Source: Neodothiora populina
Lineage: Eukaryota
Direction of reading: 5' to 3'
NCBI RefSeq assembly: GCF_041146345.1
Contig: NW_027191411.1
Location: 1,550,001 to 1,614,000, forward strand
Length of the DNA stretch: 64,000 nt
This document shows positions 1 to 12,011 of this stretch, piece by piece (positions within the stretch are counted from its first letter, which is position 1; the number at the start of each line of letters is the position of its first letter). The notes under the pieces are model-generated. The model was not told the DNA's origin. It did no database searches and saw only the letters and a program-made list of their open reading frames with translations. Both the position numbers and the translations under genes were made by a program.

Positions 1-141
1 CCCGTTCGATGTCATCTCAAGCTTACCCTGGCTTGCTTGGCTGTGCTTTTTCTTCTAGTGCCTTGCTTGGCTGACGACGTTGAGAGAGCCTCGGCAGCTA
101 CTGCATCTATCGTTCAGCCGCTTCAATCGCGAGCCTTTCTG
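1..141 (+). CDS. Possible partial exon of a small secreted protein (start outside window)
   Basis: Frame 1 is open from base 1 and reads HLKLTLACLAVLFLLVPCLA|DDVERAS, which resembles a signal peptide. A GTACGA donor follows at 142 and a branch-like CTACTAAG lies near 193. Downstream exons were not resolved. Confidence 0.25.
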
Positions 142-2502
142 GTACGAGAAGCACAGGCCACCTTTTACTTGCTGCGGAGGGTCTGAAATGTTCTACTAAG
201 GAGTTCTAGACAGTGGGCGTAGTCGTCAGACAACAACTTGATCTTGCAACTGCCTAGCATAGCCAGCGATACGCCACAAGGTCTGATCACTCTCGAAGAC
301 ATTGTTATGTCTTGGTCGAATGTTCCACAGGCTACAGTACAGTATAGACTGAGATCCACTCGAGTGACCGGTCGGGGTATTATTGACCGGTCATGTTTCT
401 CCGAAAAATGAAAAAAGACAGTGTGCTGCGCATGGTTGTGTATAACGTGTATACAGGTCAGACCGCTCGGATGACGTTTCGTACCTATATTGACATGCCA
501 CCGCATATAACACGGACCGTGTCGTCTGCCCAAACGCAGTTATCCAACGCAGTTATCACTCGCGCATATGGTGACCAGGGGTTGTATAAATTGGCCACGA
601 CGCCCTGCTACACAGATATCCAGTACTTGATGCCCCTACCGCGCCCAATCACACAGAAACGGAGCCGCCCTGACTTATAGTGATTCGATAGGGATGCGAG
701 ATTAAATCTTGGCGTCGTATCTCAGGATTTCTGGTTACACGAGATTGGCTTCGAACGACGCGACATCATCGTGAGCATTAACTGCTCTCGGTTCCCAGTG
801 CGACGGCACCAATTTCCAGACCACATGTCTCGGCCACAACACATATCCTCGTCAACATATTGCATCTGCTGGCTATATTGACTCTGATGTCCTAGGGTAT
901 CGAAACAGAAAGAGTGCATTTCAATTCATTGCCATAGGATGGCTATGGGTACAGTATCGATAGTGTTGTGTCCCATGCCGCCCCTGGACAATTAAAATAA
1001 CCTCCATCGATGCCGATATCTGTGCACGTGAATCGCATCTACTCTTTCCGCGCTACAACAACCTTACTGTAGCATTGTTTACCTTATTCCAGCTGAATGT
1101 GACCAAGGAAAGCCTCGCTTCACTGATGGTATTGTATGGATGGACAATGCTACGGCAAATCGCGATGCACAGCAGATCGCGACCGTCCTACTTGTACAGT
1201 ATCTTGTATCTGCTCCACTGTCGATCGAAGAATATCTTCGTGTTCCACTTGACACGGCTGGGACGGCGGGAGTGCTTTCTCCGCTCCACGCGATGTTGAC
1301 AGCGACTCATGAACTGCTTCGAATCCATCGTACTGCTGTACAACTGTCGTGGGTTCTGTAGATACATCCTACTGCTCATCCTAGACTTGGTCGAACGAGC
1401 TCTTCCCAGTCTCTACTGCTGGCCGACTGTCATTGAGCAGACCTATCCGCATCTTCATTCTCAGATATGGCTGCCACGGACTCGTCCGGGGATTTGGATC
1501 TGCACCCTCCAGCTAATAATGAAAATTATGATCGTTTCCCCTGGCTTTTCACTTGCACTTCGTTGCGAATTATTAATCAACTTTCGAGATAGGAGACTCT
1601 TGCGGATGTACGTTCCTGCTAAATGTCGTTATTGGTCGTAGATGCAACCGTGGAGATGGCCTTGCACTCCGAAGCCTGGCAGTTCCGAACGGAGTATCAT
1701 GTAAATGGTATGTCTTCGACCAGCAGTCGTTGCAGTAGATCCGGATACTACATGGTTCTGTTCAACGAGAAGCCTACTAGAGTCGATATCACCATGCCAT
1801 GAACTCCTACTGCGCAGGTCTCGGCTGTCGTGCCGAGTGTACATCGAGGGAGGCGGCCAACTTCTCCTGAACTACGAACACGAAGCTCCATGAATATGCG
1901 GAGATCTGAATGTCATCAATTCTCTGCTAGTCGTCTCAAGCAAGCACAGCGCGGAACTCTCTGCAGCAATGCTGCGATCGCTAGCCCAGGTCCACACCAT
2001 ACGAAATATCATTCTTTAGGAGGCCCGGATGATGTTACAGGGGAAGTCCAGGTCTCTATCGAACCGTCCATGGAGCGTCGATGCAGATTTTGAGGCTCGT
2101 GACGTTGACAAAGATTCCGAAGGCATGGTTGGTATTCGCGAGTGTGCCTCGCTGCCGTTGCGCCTTCCCATATCGTCTCGTGCGAGTGACGGTGTGATCC
2201 CGGTCAGTGCGAAGATACCTATCCGCTTACCGTGACGAATACACTCTCTAATTCGCTGGCTTCTGCGTACTGGTTCCAGACGATGGCTTTTCGATATCGA
2301 CGTGCCAGGTTGCAAATGCCTACATCTGAATGTGACACCAAGAAGACATGTGTTTTAGGAGATTGCGGTTATTCGAAGCCATTAGTAAAATCGATGAACA
2401 TTGACAATAACTACAAAACAGGGAGTATTCAAGTCGTGCAACTAGCTAGATCACACTCGCCCTTTCCTATCGTAAATTTCAGACGGCACATACACCACGC
2501 CA

Positions 2503-3399
2503 TCAAGCAGTCTGCGGCCAAACCATTTCTTCGACCAGCTCTGTACCTCTAGGACTTAGATACATAACCTTCACCGCCACATCTGCGATGCTCTTTCCTC
2601 TTCGTCTTGAGACCGCCTCCTCGGGTCCCCACGTCAATCGATGTTGCATCCGCTGCTGTGCTTTTTCCTTGAGCCTGTTCTCAATGATGCTGACGGCCGC
2701 TTCGGAGTAACGCCGGCCATGCTCTGGTCCAGACGTATTGTCTCGGTCTTCGGTGTTGTTGGAAACATACACAACAGCACCGTCGATAGACATGATTGTT
2801 GCCTGATCGGCCACGACTGTCTCCCTGTGGACCTCGGTGATATCTATCCGTCCAGCTGGTGCGAGGCGCACAAATTCGCTGGCTTTTGGGTCCAGTGTGC
2901 GTTGCTCCTGCGGTGTTCGTCTCGCGAGAGCAGATGGGTCCGGAGCAGCGTAGGGGGCATCGCCTCTGACCATGGCATCTGCTATAGGAAGCACCACAGG
3001 TACACCGGCTCCAATGCCGGGTGCCCAAACATCGGTAGCGACCTGCTCTGTAGCCCTATGCTTCAGAGGCGAAAAAGGGGTATCGATAGCATACTCTCCT
3101 CTATTGATATAAATGTCCGCCGCCCGTTGAGCAGCGGCGATATGAGCTTGACATGATGCGAGATCCTGCAGCAAGACCCGAAGTTTATAATCATTCCTCG
3201 CAAGTGTTTTAATCGCAATGCTTTGAGTCCACTTTGATCTTTTCCTGGCTTTGCGATTTGCGTTTTCTTGAGATTGCGCGTGCAAGGTTTGGTTATAGGT
3301 CCTCCGTGCTGCATGGATCTCGTAGTTCACCATGTCAATCTCGCGCAACAGCAGCATCTGGTAGGACCAGAGTAAGGCATAGGTGTTGCCGGCAGACAT
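2503..3399 (-). CDS. Hypothetical protein (~300 aa; 5' end uncertain)
   Basis: Long open frame 2503..3429 with first ATG at 3399. A possible acceptor at 3421 suggests an upstream exon. No recognisable domain. Confidence 0.6.
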   Translation of the reverse strand: MSAGNTYALLWSYQMLLLREIDMVNYEIHAARRTYNQTLHAQSQENANRKARKRSKWTQSIAIKTLARNDYKLRVLLQDLASCQAHIAAAQRAADIYINRGEYAIDTPFSPLKHRATEQVATDVWAPGIGAGVPVVLPIADAMVRGDAPYAAPDPSALARRTPQEQRTLDPKASEFVRLAPAGRIDITEVHRETVVADQATIMSIDGAVVYVSNNTEDRDNTSGPEHGRRYSEAAVSIIENRLKEKAQQRMQHRLTWGPEEAVSRRRGKSIADVAVKVMYLSPRGTELVEEMVWPQTA

Positions 3400-4147
3400 G
3401 GGTGTTGTAGTGACTAGTGTCTGTCTCAAGTGAGTAGTCGTTATGATACACCTCTGTGCTGGAGAACTTCGACGTCGATTCCGTGAGAATTTGTCGACCT
3501 TTCGAAATGGCGTTTGACGCTCAAGTATTGATTATGTGCAGCAGAGGTACTGTTGTGTGAAGAAGTCAAACGGACAAGCAGACGTGATGTACCGTTCTCA
3601 ACTCGATTCCAAACACCTATGATTTGGAACGGTGTATGGTTGCGAGCAGACAAAGCTATGTTCTGGAAGAAGTCCAGACTCGGACCGCAAGGCATTTCCT
3701 TTGGCTCTTTCATGGTCGGTCGCCGCAATGGGCTTTCCTGGCTGTAAGTGATATCATTGATGAGATGTAGAACAAAGAGGACGGATCAACTCTCGAGAGA
3801 TTAACGGCCACCTCAACACGTCGTGACTCGACTTGAACAGGGATTTTATTCGTGTCGTGCTGACGTTGTTGGAGTTCTTCTTGATTTTTAATCCAATAAC
3901 CGAAATAGTCATGGGTTTTGAGAGAAGTCGAAGTCTTGTTGTCAAGTAGAAGAAGTCGAGCCTCGAGGTGAGGAACCACAACGAAGCCACATTCAAGGTA
4001 GGGTCCAGAACAAAGACGCGTACTTCATTGTGACAATGTGGGCTGCTAGAGCATGTCATGCGTATTGTACACAGTGTCACCAGTAGCGTGTTAATAGATA
4101 CCAGCCAGTCAAACACTTGCTCTGCGGTGCGTTGTGTGCCACGACAG

Positions 4148-5358
4148 CTAGATGTTGAAACCTCCGTGCTCAGCAACCTCAACAAACCTCCAAAGGCCTG
4201 CCTGTCTAGCTGCTTCTGTTACGCTGTCCACTTCCTTCAGATCCACAGGACGGTTGATATCCTCATACCGGACTTGCTTTTTGGCGTTCCCATCGGCATT
4301 TATGCCTCCTGGATCCTTATCGTCTGCAGTGAGGTCACCCGCTTTCCTGAGCGTGCCTCTTCTCTCCTTGCCAACATGCGCACGTGGGTGATACTGTTCC
4401 ATGACGTGCACGAAGAGGTCTTTCGACACATTCTCTGCCAGCCATCGCACGATTCGCTTCCCTTCTTCCTCTTTGCCGGGCATAACGAGATGTCTTACAA
4501 GCACACCTTTCTTGGCGATACCATCTGCTGTTAAGCAGAGATCGCCGACTTGAGCGTGCATGGCCTTGATACTTTTCATGGCTACCTCGGCATAGTTATC
4601 GGCCTTGAGCAGTCGCTTGCTAGTGCTATTATGCCAGACTTTGAAGTCAGGTAAGTAGATGTCTACCAAGCCATCCATGGGCTCCAGACTCTCAAGTGAA
4701 TCGAAGCTGCTTGTGTTGTAGACGATAGGGATCCTAAGACCCATATCTCGTGCGTGTAATATGGTCAAGGCAATTTGCGGAACAACATGTTCGGGCGTGA
4801 CAAAGTTGATGTTATGCACGCCTCCTACATCTTGCAACTTTATGCACCACTCGGCGAGCTCCTCGGGTGCAAGATTGAAGCCACTCTTCTGGTGTGCAAT
4901 GTCGTGATTCTGACAGAATACTGTGTTCAACGGCTGTCAGCTAGGCTTTCACAAAGCCTCAAGTCTGTTACGATCGACCCACCACAACGCAGATTACATC
5001 CCGAGAGAAACACGCTCCCACTGCCGTTGTGTCCTTGTAGGCAAGGTTCTTCGCCGAAATGCGGAGCTATAGTGTTGACGACCACGTCTGTGCCAATAAG
5101 GCAGGTACCTGTTTTCTCATATCGATTCACGCCACATAGCCTAGGGCATAGATTACAATTTCGAAGATGAGCATATGCCTTTGAACGTTTCTTCGCTGCA
5201 TCGACAGAGGATAGAAGCTGATAACGGGGGAGGTAGTCATCGAGCAGAAAGGGCGGCGCAAGGTGTAGTTTACGCTGGACGCCAGGTGCTGCTCTCACAT
5301 GCAAGGACCCGCTAAGGCGGTTGAAGCTCGAAGAGCTGCGAAGCAGCACGCGCTTCAT
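4148..5358 (-). CDS. Radical SAM protein, PflX / pyruvate formate-lyase activating enzyme-like, with probable mitochondrial presequence
   Basis: Splicing intron 4921..4982 restores CNLRCVFC (CxxxCxxC). Also CNLCPRLC, HFGEEP, HNINFVTP, DIYLPDFK and VRHLVMPG motifs; Arg/Ser-rich N-terminus. Confidence 0.9.
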
Positions 5359-5986
5359 GATACATCTAATGGTTGAGAAATTTGTGTTCGATCATACATC
5401 AACCCGGTCGAAGAAGTCTAGGCTCGAATGTTAGACCACGAGTTTCAAAGGTTGGTTGTAACAGTGTGAAGAGTGTTGACCTAGGTACTGTAAGGCGACG
5501 AGATCATTGGATGTGAGCTTGAGCTTGGAGCTTACCCCAATCCAGCCCATTCTGTGACATCAAGTCCCAAAGTCTGTGCTTGCTTTACCTCAACCTCCCA
5601 TCGTCACGTACACCATACCTTACTCGCGCATAGTATGCATCGGAATCGACTTTTGATCACCATATGAAATGGTTCAATTTTATGCGTTCAAATCTTCAAC
5701 CCGGTCACTATGACGAGGACAACTCATCCTTTCATATCTGACTACATTGCTCACTCGCTCCAATTTACCAGGTAGATAAGATGGCTAGGTCCAAGCAGGA
5801 ATGCAGGATCGATGTATCATTTCGAGACATGTGCCACTGTGTCACAAGCTGATCTAAAGACACAGTCCGTCGATCTTGGTAAATGTGTATCTCTTTCCAG
5901 TCATTTGTTGTACAACCTGACGACTCCAACTCCTTGCCTTCATCTAACTGGGATAATCCCTGATCACAAAACTTTTTTTTCGCTCA

Positions 5987-7726
5987 TCAAACAATGCTCT
6001 TTGTAGACTCTACCATCGAGTCGTTTCTCACGGGATCAGGAGAGCAAGATCGTGACTCAAAGACGACCATCGGCTCAACATGAATACCGTCCTGCGGTTT
6101 CTCAACATCCACCATAGCTTTTGAGACCCTTACGAAGAGGGCGACTATCACAACTCCTACTCCTGCGCTAGCTGCAGCAAAGAGGAAAGCTGCCTTGCTT
6201 GCCATTGAAGTCTTGCTCTCCGTGTCAAGATCGTCCGCTTTCCTGATGGCTTGGTCTTGGACGATCTGCGCAAAGGCTAGCGAAAATGCAATCCCCATGT
6301 TGACCAGTATACTGCTCACAGCGCCAGCTAAGCCTTGATACTTTACTGGTGAGACAGAACTGAGGAACACAACGCAAATTGTGAAGGTAAGGTCAATGCC
6401 TAGTGTTCCGCAGATCATGCTCGGGAATGGGATAGCCCAGTATCCTGAGCTCACTTTGCCCAAAGCCAACAGCAGCGGAGCAGCAACCCAAGCGCACCCA
6501 CTCCCCAACAACAAGAGTGTTGGCGAGACTTTGTGCAATAGGAACCCTGACGTAGCTGCGATCAGAAAGCCGCCAACCGCCATCGGTGTATACCACGCAG
6601 CAAGTCTCATGCCATGCGCCGAGTACGCCGTCTGTAAATAGGAGGTAGAAGTGAACAACCATGTGCCAAAGCACCCATAGAAGAACAGACAAGCCAGTGT
6701 CAATGGCTTGACACTTTTGGGCTTGAAGAAATCGAATGGCAGCAGTGGGCAGGTCGCCACTTTGGCCTCAATGTATGTTGCTGCGATCAACAGGACCATT
6801 CCACCCACGAAAGGCAGGAGCACGCCCACAGACTTCCATGAAGCCGAGCTAGTAGCCGACGAAGCAAGAGAATAGGCGACAAGTATCAAGCCACCAGTGA
6901 TGGTAACGCTCCCCGCCCAGTCCATCGACAAATTCATCGATGAGCGATCCTCTTTATCTGCAGGTACAGACAGATATGCTATCACAAGCGTCAAGAAGGC
7001 GGCGATGGCGGCGATCCAGAAATACCATGGCCACAAATCTCCAGGTAAGGCGGCGGAGATGCAGATACCAGCATAGAAGCCCAAGGGAGCGCACGCGCCA
7101 AAGATCCCCAGAGCCATGTTGCGCCTTGGGCCAGAAGGGTAAATCGACCCGAAGAGAGCAAACGTCGACGGGGTATAGGCTGCAATGGCAAGACCCTGCA
7201 TAGCACGGCATATGTCCAGAAGGACAAGTGAGTGAGTGGAGAATCCCGCGATCAGAGTCCAGATGAACAACCACAGCACTGCAGCCATGAAGACTGGATA
7301 TCCTCCATACATGTCACTGACACGCGCGAACGTGAGAATGGTGCTGCATAGGATCAGAGAGAGGATTGATGCTGGCCAGAAGTTGGATGCTGTGTGTTCG
7401 GAAGACGAGAACTGGTCCATGAGTGTTGGGAGCAGGACAGAGAAGCCCGAGATAAGGTATTCTCCAAGGAGCTGGGTCATTGCCATGGCGAAACAAAAGC
7501 CAATCTCTGCAGCGGTGCATCGGAAGCCTGTCTCAGGAGTCTTATCAAGACTTTCTTTGGACTTTCCTGCGTAGGCACGCTGTGCGTCCCATGTGGAAGA
7601 TGGAGTCGCAGCTGTCGACTGAGACTCCAAGAAGGTGTCAAGGCTGGACAGGTGCCATAGACACAGTGGTCTGGTGGAACCCGATGAGACCTGCCTCGTC
7701 AACACTTGAGATTCTCTTTTACCCAT
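5987..7726 (-). CDS. MFS drug:H+ antiporter (DHA2 / Atr1-like)
   Basis: 579-aa ORF with many hydrophobic segments, an MFS motif A-like ARVSDMYGG, CRAMQGL and MDWAG. Confidence 0.88.
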   Translation of the reverse strand: MGKRESQVLTRQVSSGSTRPLCLWHLSSLDTFLESQSTAATPSSTWDAQRAYAGKSKESLDKTPETGFRCTAAEIGFCFAMAMTQLLGEYLISGFSVLLPTLMDQFSSSEHTASNFWPASILSLILCSTILTFARVSDMYGGYPVFMAAVLWLFIWTLIAGFSTHSLVLLDICRAMQGLAIAAYTPSTFALFGSIYPSGPRRNMALGIFGACAPLGFYAGICISAALPGDLWPWYFWIAAIAAFLTLVIAYLSVPADKEDRSSMNLSMDWAGSVTITGGLILVAYSLASSATSSASWKSVGVLLPFVGGMVLLIAATYIEAKVATCPLLPFDFFKPKSVKPLTLACLFFYGCFGTWLFTSTSYLQTAYSAHGMRLAAWYTPMAVGGFLIAATSGFLLHKVSPTLLLLGSGCAWVAAPLLLALGKVSSGYWAIPFPSMICGTLGIDLTFTICVVFLSSVSPVKYQGLAGAVSSILVNMGIAFSLAFAQIVQDQAIRKADDLDTESKTSMASKAAFLFAAASAGVGVVIVALFVRVSKAMVDVEKPQDGIHVEPMVVFESRSCSPDPVRNDSMVESTKSIV

Positions 7727-8997
7727 CTTCTCTGTCCGGAGAGGATGCTAGGGGGTTCTCAATTTCGATCGATGACACCCCAGCACGCTTGCGGGTAGTG
7801 GTGAGCTAATGGGGTTCTCTAGGGATGTTGGTTGCGAGGGGAAAGGTGTCAGGTAAACGAGCTTAAGTTTGAAGCAGGTCTAAGATGAACTTAGAGGACT
7901 GACAGGATAACTACAAAGACATATGGGAGCGAGGGGGAAGCACTGGCATGAACCTGGAAAAGAGCATCACTTGAAGAATGCGAGCAGGACGATATAAGTA
8001 AGGAATGAGGTCGGAGAACAACTCTATGCAGACACCTACCTTTCTACTACCCAGTGACGCTACAATTAGGAGATTAAGACGACCAGGCGCGTCTTCTAGA
8101 CGCATCGTAGCAGAATGATACAGCCACAAACATGGTCTAACGGCAGTCACAGTGTGATACGTTTTGCCTTTGACAAGCGGATAGTTGCAGGGCTGACCTA
8201 AAGTGCTCCGTGGCGTAAGAGTTGCAGCATGTCACCTGCGCAAGGACATAGATCTAGCGGCGTTGGCACTGGCTAGCCCTTGTTGCGGGGCGCGCAATAT
8301 CCGAAGAACATTGACATTGATATGCAAACGCTTTTTCATCCTTGCGCATCTAGCAGCATCTGGCAGCATCATTGATGCAGCGGAAGCAGACGTCAACCAG
8401 GTCTCTGGATTTACCGGACAGCACCCAACCTTCACTCACATTTTGTAATCTCTCCGTTGACAGTGCAGGAGATCTACAACCCCTCCTGGACTTGGTTGAT
8501 CAAGCTAGATGGAAGCGGATGACATGGATGTCGGGGTTTGTTCATTGGGCTATTTTCGGTCGCAAAGTTTGGTGGCTAGCCGGAGCGTGCGAAAAAAGAG
8601 AACAATGCTGGTCAGGTTGTGGACTTGACCTTGATTCGACACTGGCACCGGCAGCGGGGTGTTGTATACGGCAGTAGTGTGTACCTTACAGCAAAGAAAA
8701 AAGTACAGGACTGTAAACAAACCTTGCCTTGTTTAGGAATGAGGTGGTGCGGGAAGACGTCCGGATGCAGCATGAGGTGCTGCCAGAAGGCCCTCGGGAG
8801 GCTCAGCTTTCAGCTGTGCAGCAGTTTGTGGAGAGAGAAAAGCCACTCGCCAATCTGCAACTCTATGCGACCGCGATCGTGAAAAGCTGCCGCTTATGTA
8901 AGGTTTTAGCATCAAAGCTTCCCTTGCAGTGTTCGTCTTTCCTTACCTAGTTTATGACAGGCTCAGCCGGAGATCGCATCTTCATTGTGCAATCACA

Positions 8998-10463
8998 ATG
9001 GATTTGATCCGGACTTGCTTCAACGTTGCGAGTGACCCGCGGCATGCTAAATGGGTATGCCCGTTGCTTCTCCTGGCCGACGCATTGCTCACGGGGTTGG
9101 TTGTTTGGAAGATCCCATGTAAGGGGCTTGCTTTTTTATGGGGGGGTGTCAACCAATACACGACTAATGAACCACAAGATACAGAAATTGACTGGAAGGC
9201 TTATATGCAGCAAGTCGAACAATACCTTGACGGCCAACGTGATTATACCAAGATCTATGGTGGTACCGGACCGCTTGTTTACCCAGCTGTCCACGTTTAC
9301 ATATATCAATGGCTCTATAATTTCACGGATCATGGACGCGACATTTTTCTCGCCCAGATGGTCTTTGCGGTTCTTTACTTGACAACACTGGCGCTAGCAA
9401 TGGCGTGTTACCGAAATGCAAAGGTGCGTTGAGAAAAAAAAGTCATCAGGAAATCACACGTCATGTCAATCTTTCGTCGGAGGTTGATCTTCTAACGTCA
9501 GTCCAGGTTCCACCATACGTGTTCCCGATGCTTATCTTGTCAAAGCGAATGCATTCGATCTTCGTGTTGCGCTGCTTCAACGATTGCTGGGCGGTCTTTT
9601 TCTTGTTCCTGGCTATCTACTGCTTCCAAAAGCGATTGTGGTCATTTGGATCCGTCATCTACTCGCTTGGTCTGGGCGTCAAGATGAGTCTGCTTCTTGC
9701 TCTGCCAGCTGTTGGGGTCATATTACTTCAGGCTGTGGGTCGAAACGGCGCCATCAAAAATGCAGTCCTCATGCTCGTGGTGCAGGTAAGAGGAGTCAGA
9801 CGACGATGCTCATTTGCAGTCCAGGCTAACAGACCAAAGATCGTCACAGGACTGCCTTTCCTCACGCATGACGCCAATGCCTATCTGTCCAGAGCATTTG
9901 AATTCAGTAGGCAGTTCTTCTTCAAGTGGACGGTGAATTGGCGATTTGTTGGTGAGGAACGGTTCCTCTCCGCTGGGTTCTCGAGGTCATTGATGGCCTT
10001 GCATGTGTCTACGCTTGTCCTGTTCATCACGACCCGCTGGCTCAAGCCATCCCAACAGACATTTGTTGAGGTGATGCGCTCGGTCTTGAGTCCGTCGTCC
10101 GTGCCACCCGAGAAGCCAGCTGTCATAGCCGCAAGGATCACGCCCCAATTCTGCCTGACGACGATACTGTCCGCCATGACGATAGGCTCGGTGTGCGCAA
10201 GGTCGCTCCACTACCAGTTTTACTCGTGGATTGTTTGGTCGACACCCTTTTTGCTGTGGCGAGGCGGCGCCCATCCTGTTTTGCAGTATGTGCTGTTCTT
10301 TGCGCAAGAGTACGCGTGGAATGTCTACCCCAGCACCGATTTCAGCTCTGCTTTGGTGGTCACTACGCTTGCAGTGACGGTCGCGACGCTATGGAATGGC
10401 ACTGCGAACGACGACGGCGCTGAAGGGTGTGCAGCGGCGCCCCTCTGTAGCAAAGTAGCATAA
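8998..10463 (+). CDS. ALG3: Dol-P-Man:Man5GlcNAc2-PP-Dol alpha-1,3-mannosyltransferase
   Basis: Motifs YTEIDWKAYM, GTGPLVYPA, SKRMHSIFVLRCFND, KWTVNWRF, RSLHYQF, WNVYPST. Introns 9119..9178, ~9424..9506 and 9786..9839. Confidence 0.95.
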
Positions 10464-10499
10464 TTGCCGTAGACGCAGTAAACATGAGTGTCATGAGAC

Positions 10500-11025
10500 T
10501 CATTCATCATCCAAGTCCTGCGGAGGCATCTTTCCCACAGTAGACTCTTCCTCGTCAGAATCCGAGAGGTACGTGATCTTCTGCTTGAACTCGACCGGCC
10601 TGCAACAGGTACATCAGTAAAATAGACCATATACACCCCCTCCAGTCCAAAAAAAAAATCCCCAGCTCTCAACCCCCAGAACAAAACGAAACGAAACGAA
10701 AGAAAAAAACTCACCAATACTCCCGCCGTCTCCACTCCTTCTCATTACGCACAACATTGACAATCTCGCCCCCAATCTTATTCTCCCTCTCGTCGCGCAT
10801 CGAAACATCCACAACCACATACCCGCCCTTTTTGATCCAAATCGCATTTCTGAACCGTGCGGGCAGCTCCACAAGCAATTTTTCGGCGGACGCCACTTCG
10901 ACGTGGTAGAGGCTTTTCCCCGCGGCCACGATCACCCGCGCGATGGATTGTGTTGCGGGAAGGGTGGCTGGAGGCGTGGTCGTCTCTTCTGCTGTCGCGA
11001 GGAGGTTGCGGCGCGGTTTGGGCAT
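10500..11025 (-). CDS. EIF1AD-like S1/OB-fold RNA-binding protein
   Basis: LVELPARFRNAIWIKKGGYVVVD...KIGGEI. Intron 10600..10714 joins EYW to PVEFKQK...DSDEEESTVGKMPP, with TGA at 10500. Confidence 0.85.
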
Positions 11026-11756
11026 TTTCGCTTGCCGGTGGGGGCGTTCCTTTGCCTGTCTGGCTGGTTGGTGGGTCCTGGGTTTGGGGTCGTTGATGGA
11101 GAGATAGACGGGTGGGTGGGGGGGTGGGGGTCGGATTCGGTGGCGCAGTGTGCGAGGTGTGCGTGTTGCGGCCGTGCGTATGCGGTTTGATGGGCAGGGT
11201 CAAAGTAAGGTAAAGTGATGTGAGGTGTGGTAGAAGTGGTAGGGATGGTATACACTTTTTTCTTTTTTTCTTATTATTTACTTGGATGATTTCTCCAGAT
11301 TCTTGATTGCGGCGGGAAGGAATGTGCTTTAGATAAGATAAGATTATCCCGAGGCGGGAGATCATCCAAACCAGAGGATCGTTAAGGTCCAGACCTCCTC
11401 GGCTCCCCTCCGCAGCGACTCCTCCTTCGTTTCTAGAATATGTATGTACGTACCTTATGTACCGTATGCACAGCAGGTACTTGTACTGTACCTACCCAAA
11501 GGTACAGTCGCTAAGGAGTGCAGTAAGGTACAGTACCTACAGTACCTCGGACGCTACCATCTGCAACAATTGCCGACACAAAAGTTGTCGTCCGAGTCGA
11601 TGCTCGGGGGGGGGCTGCGTCCGTCTGTATATAACATCAACCTCCAAGACCGGGTGGGTCTCACTGCGCAGATGGATAGGTCAATGGGTCTCTCCTCTCC
11701 ATTTCACACTGCGTTATTGCTGCAGGCTGGCTTTCTGCCACATCATTGTCGTTTTT

Positions 11757-11798
11757 GTAGGGTTTAGATGGTAGGGTTTAGATGGTAGGGTATAGATG
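11757..11798. repeat. Tandem repeat, 3 x 14 bp (GTAGGGTWTAGATG)
   Basis: Two exact copies plus one copy with a single mismatch. Confidence 0.9.
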
Positions 11799-12011
11799 TG
11801 ATGGAGCAACGTTTCGCTGAACATGTGGTATTCATGGACTTTTTGTTTCGTGGGTGATTAAGGTACCATTTGAGATGCTAGATACTCTGCATCTGGCTCG
11901 GCTAGACTATATAGATGAATGCGGCGTGAAGCGACAAAGAACACTATACTCTCCCTCCCTTCGATTTATAGATCGGTGTGTCGTGAAGCGGAGAAAAGAA
12001 AAGAAAAAAAC

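Noticed and set aside
680..2500. Many short ORFs on both strands
   Set aside because: No recognisable motifs and no consistent splice path; cannot be distinguished from chance ORFs.
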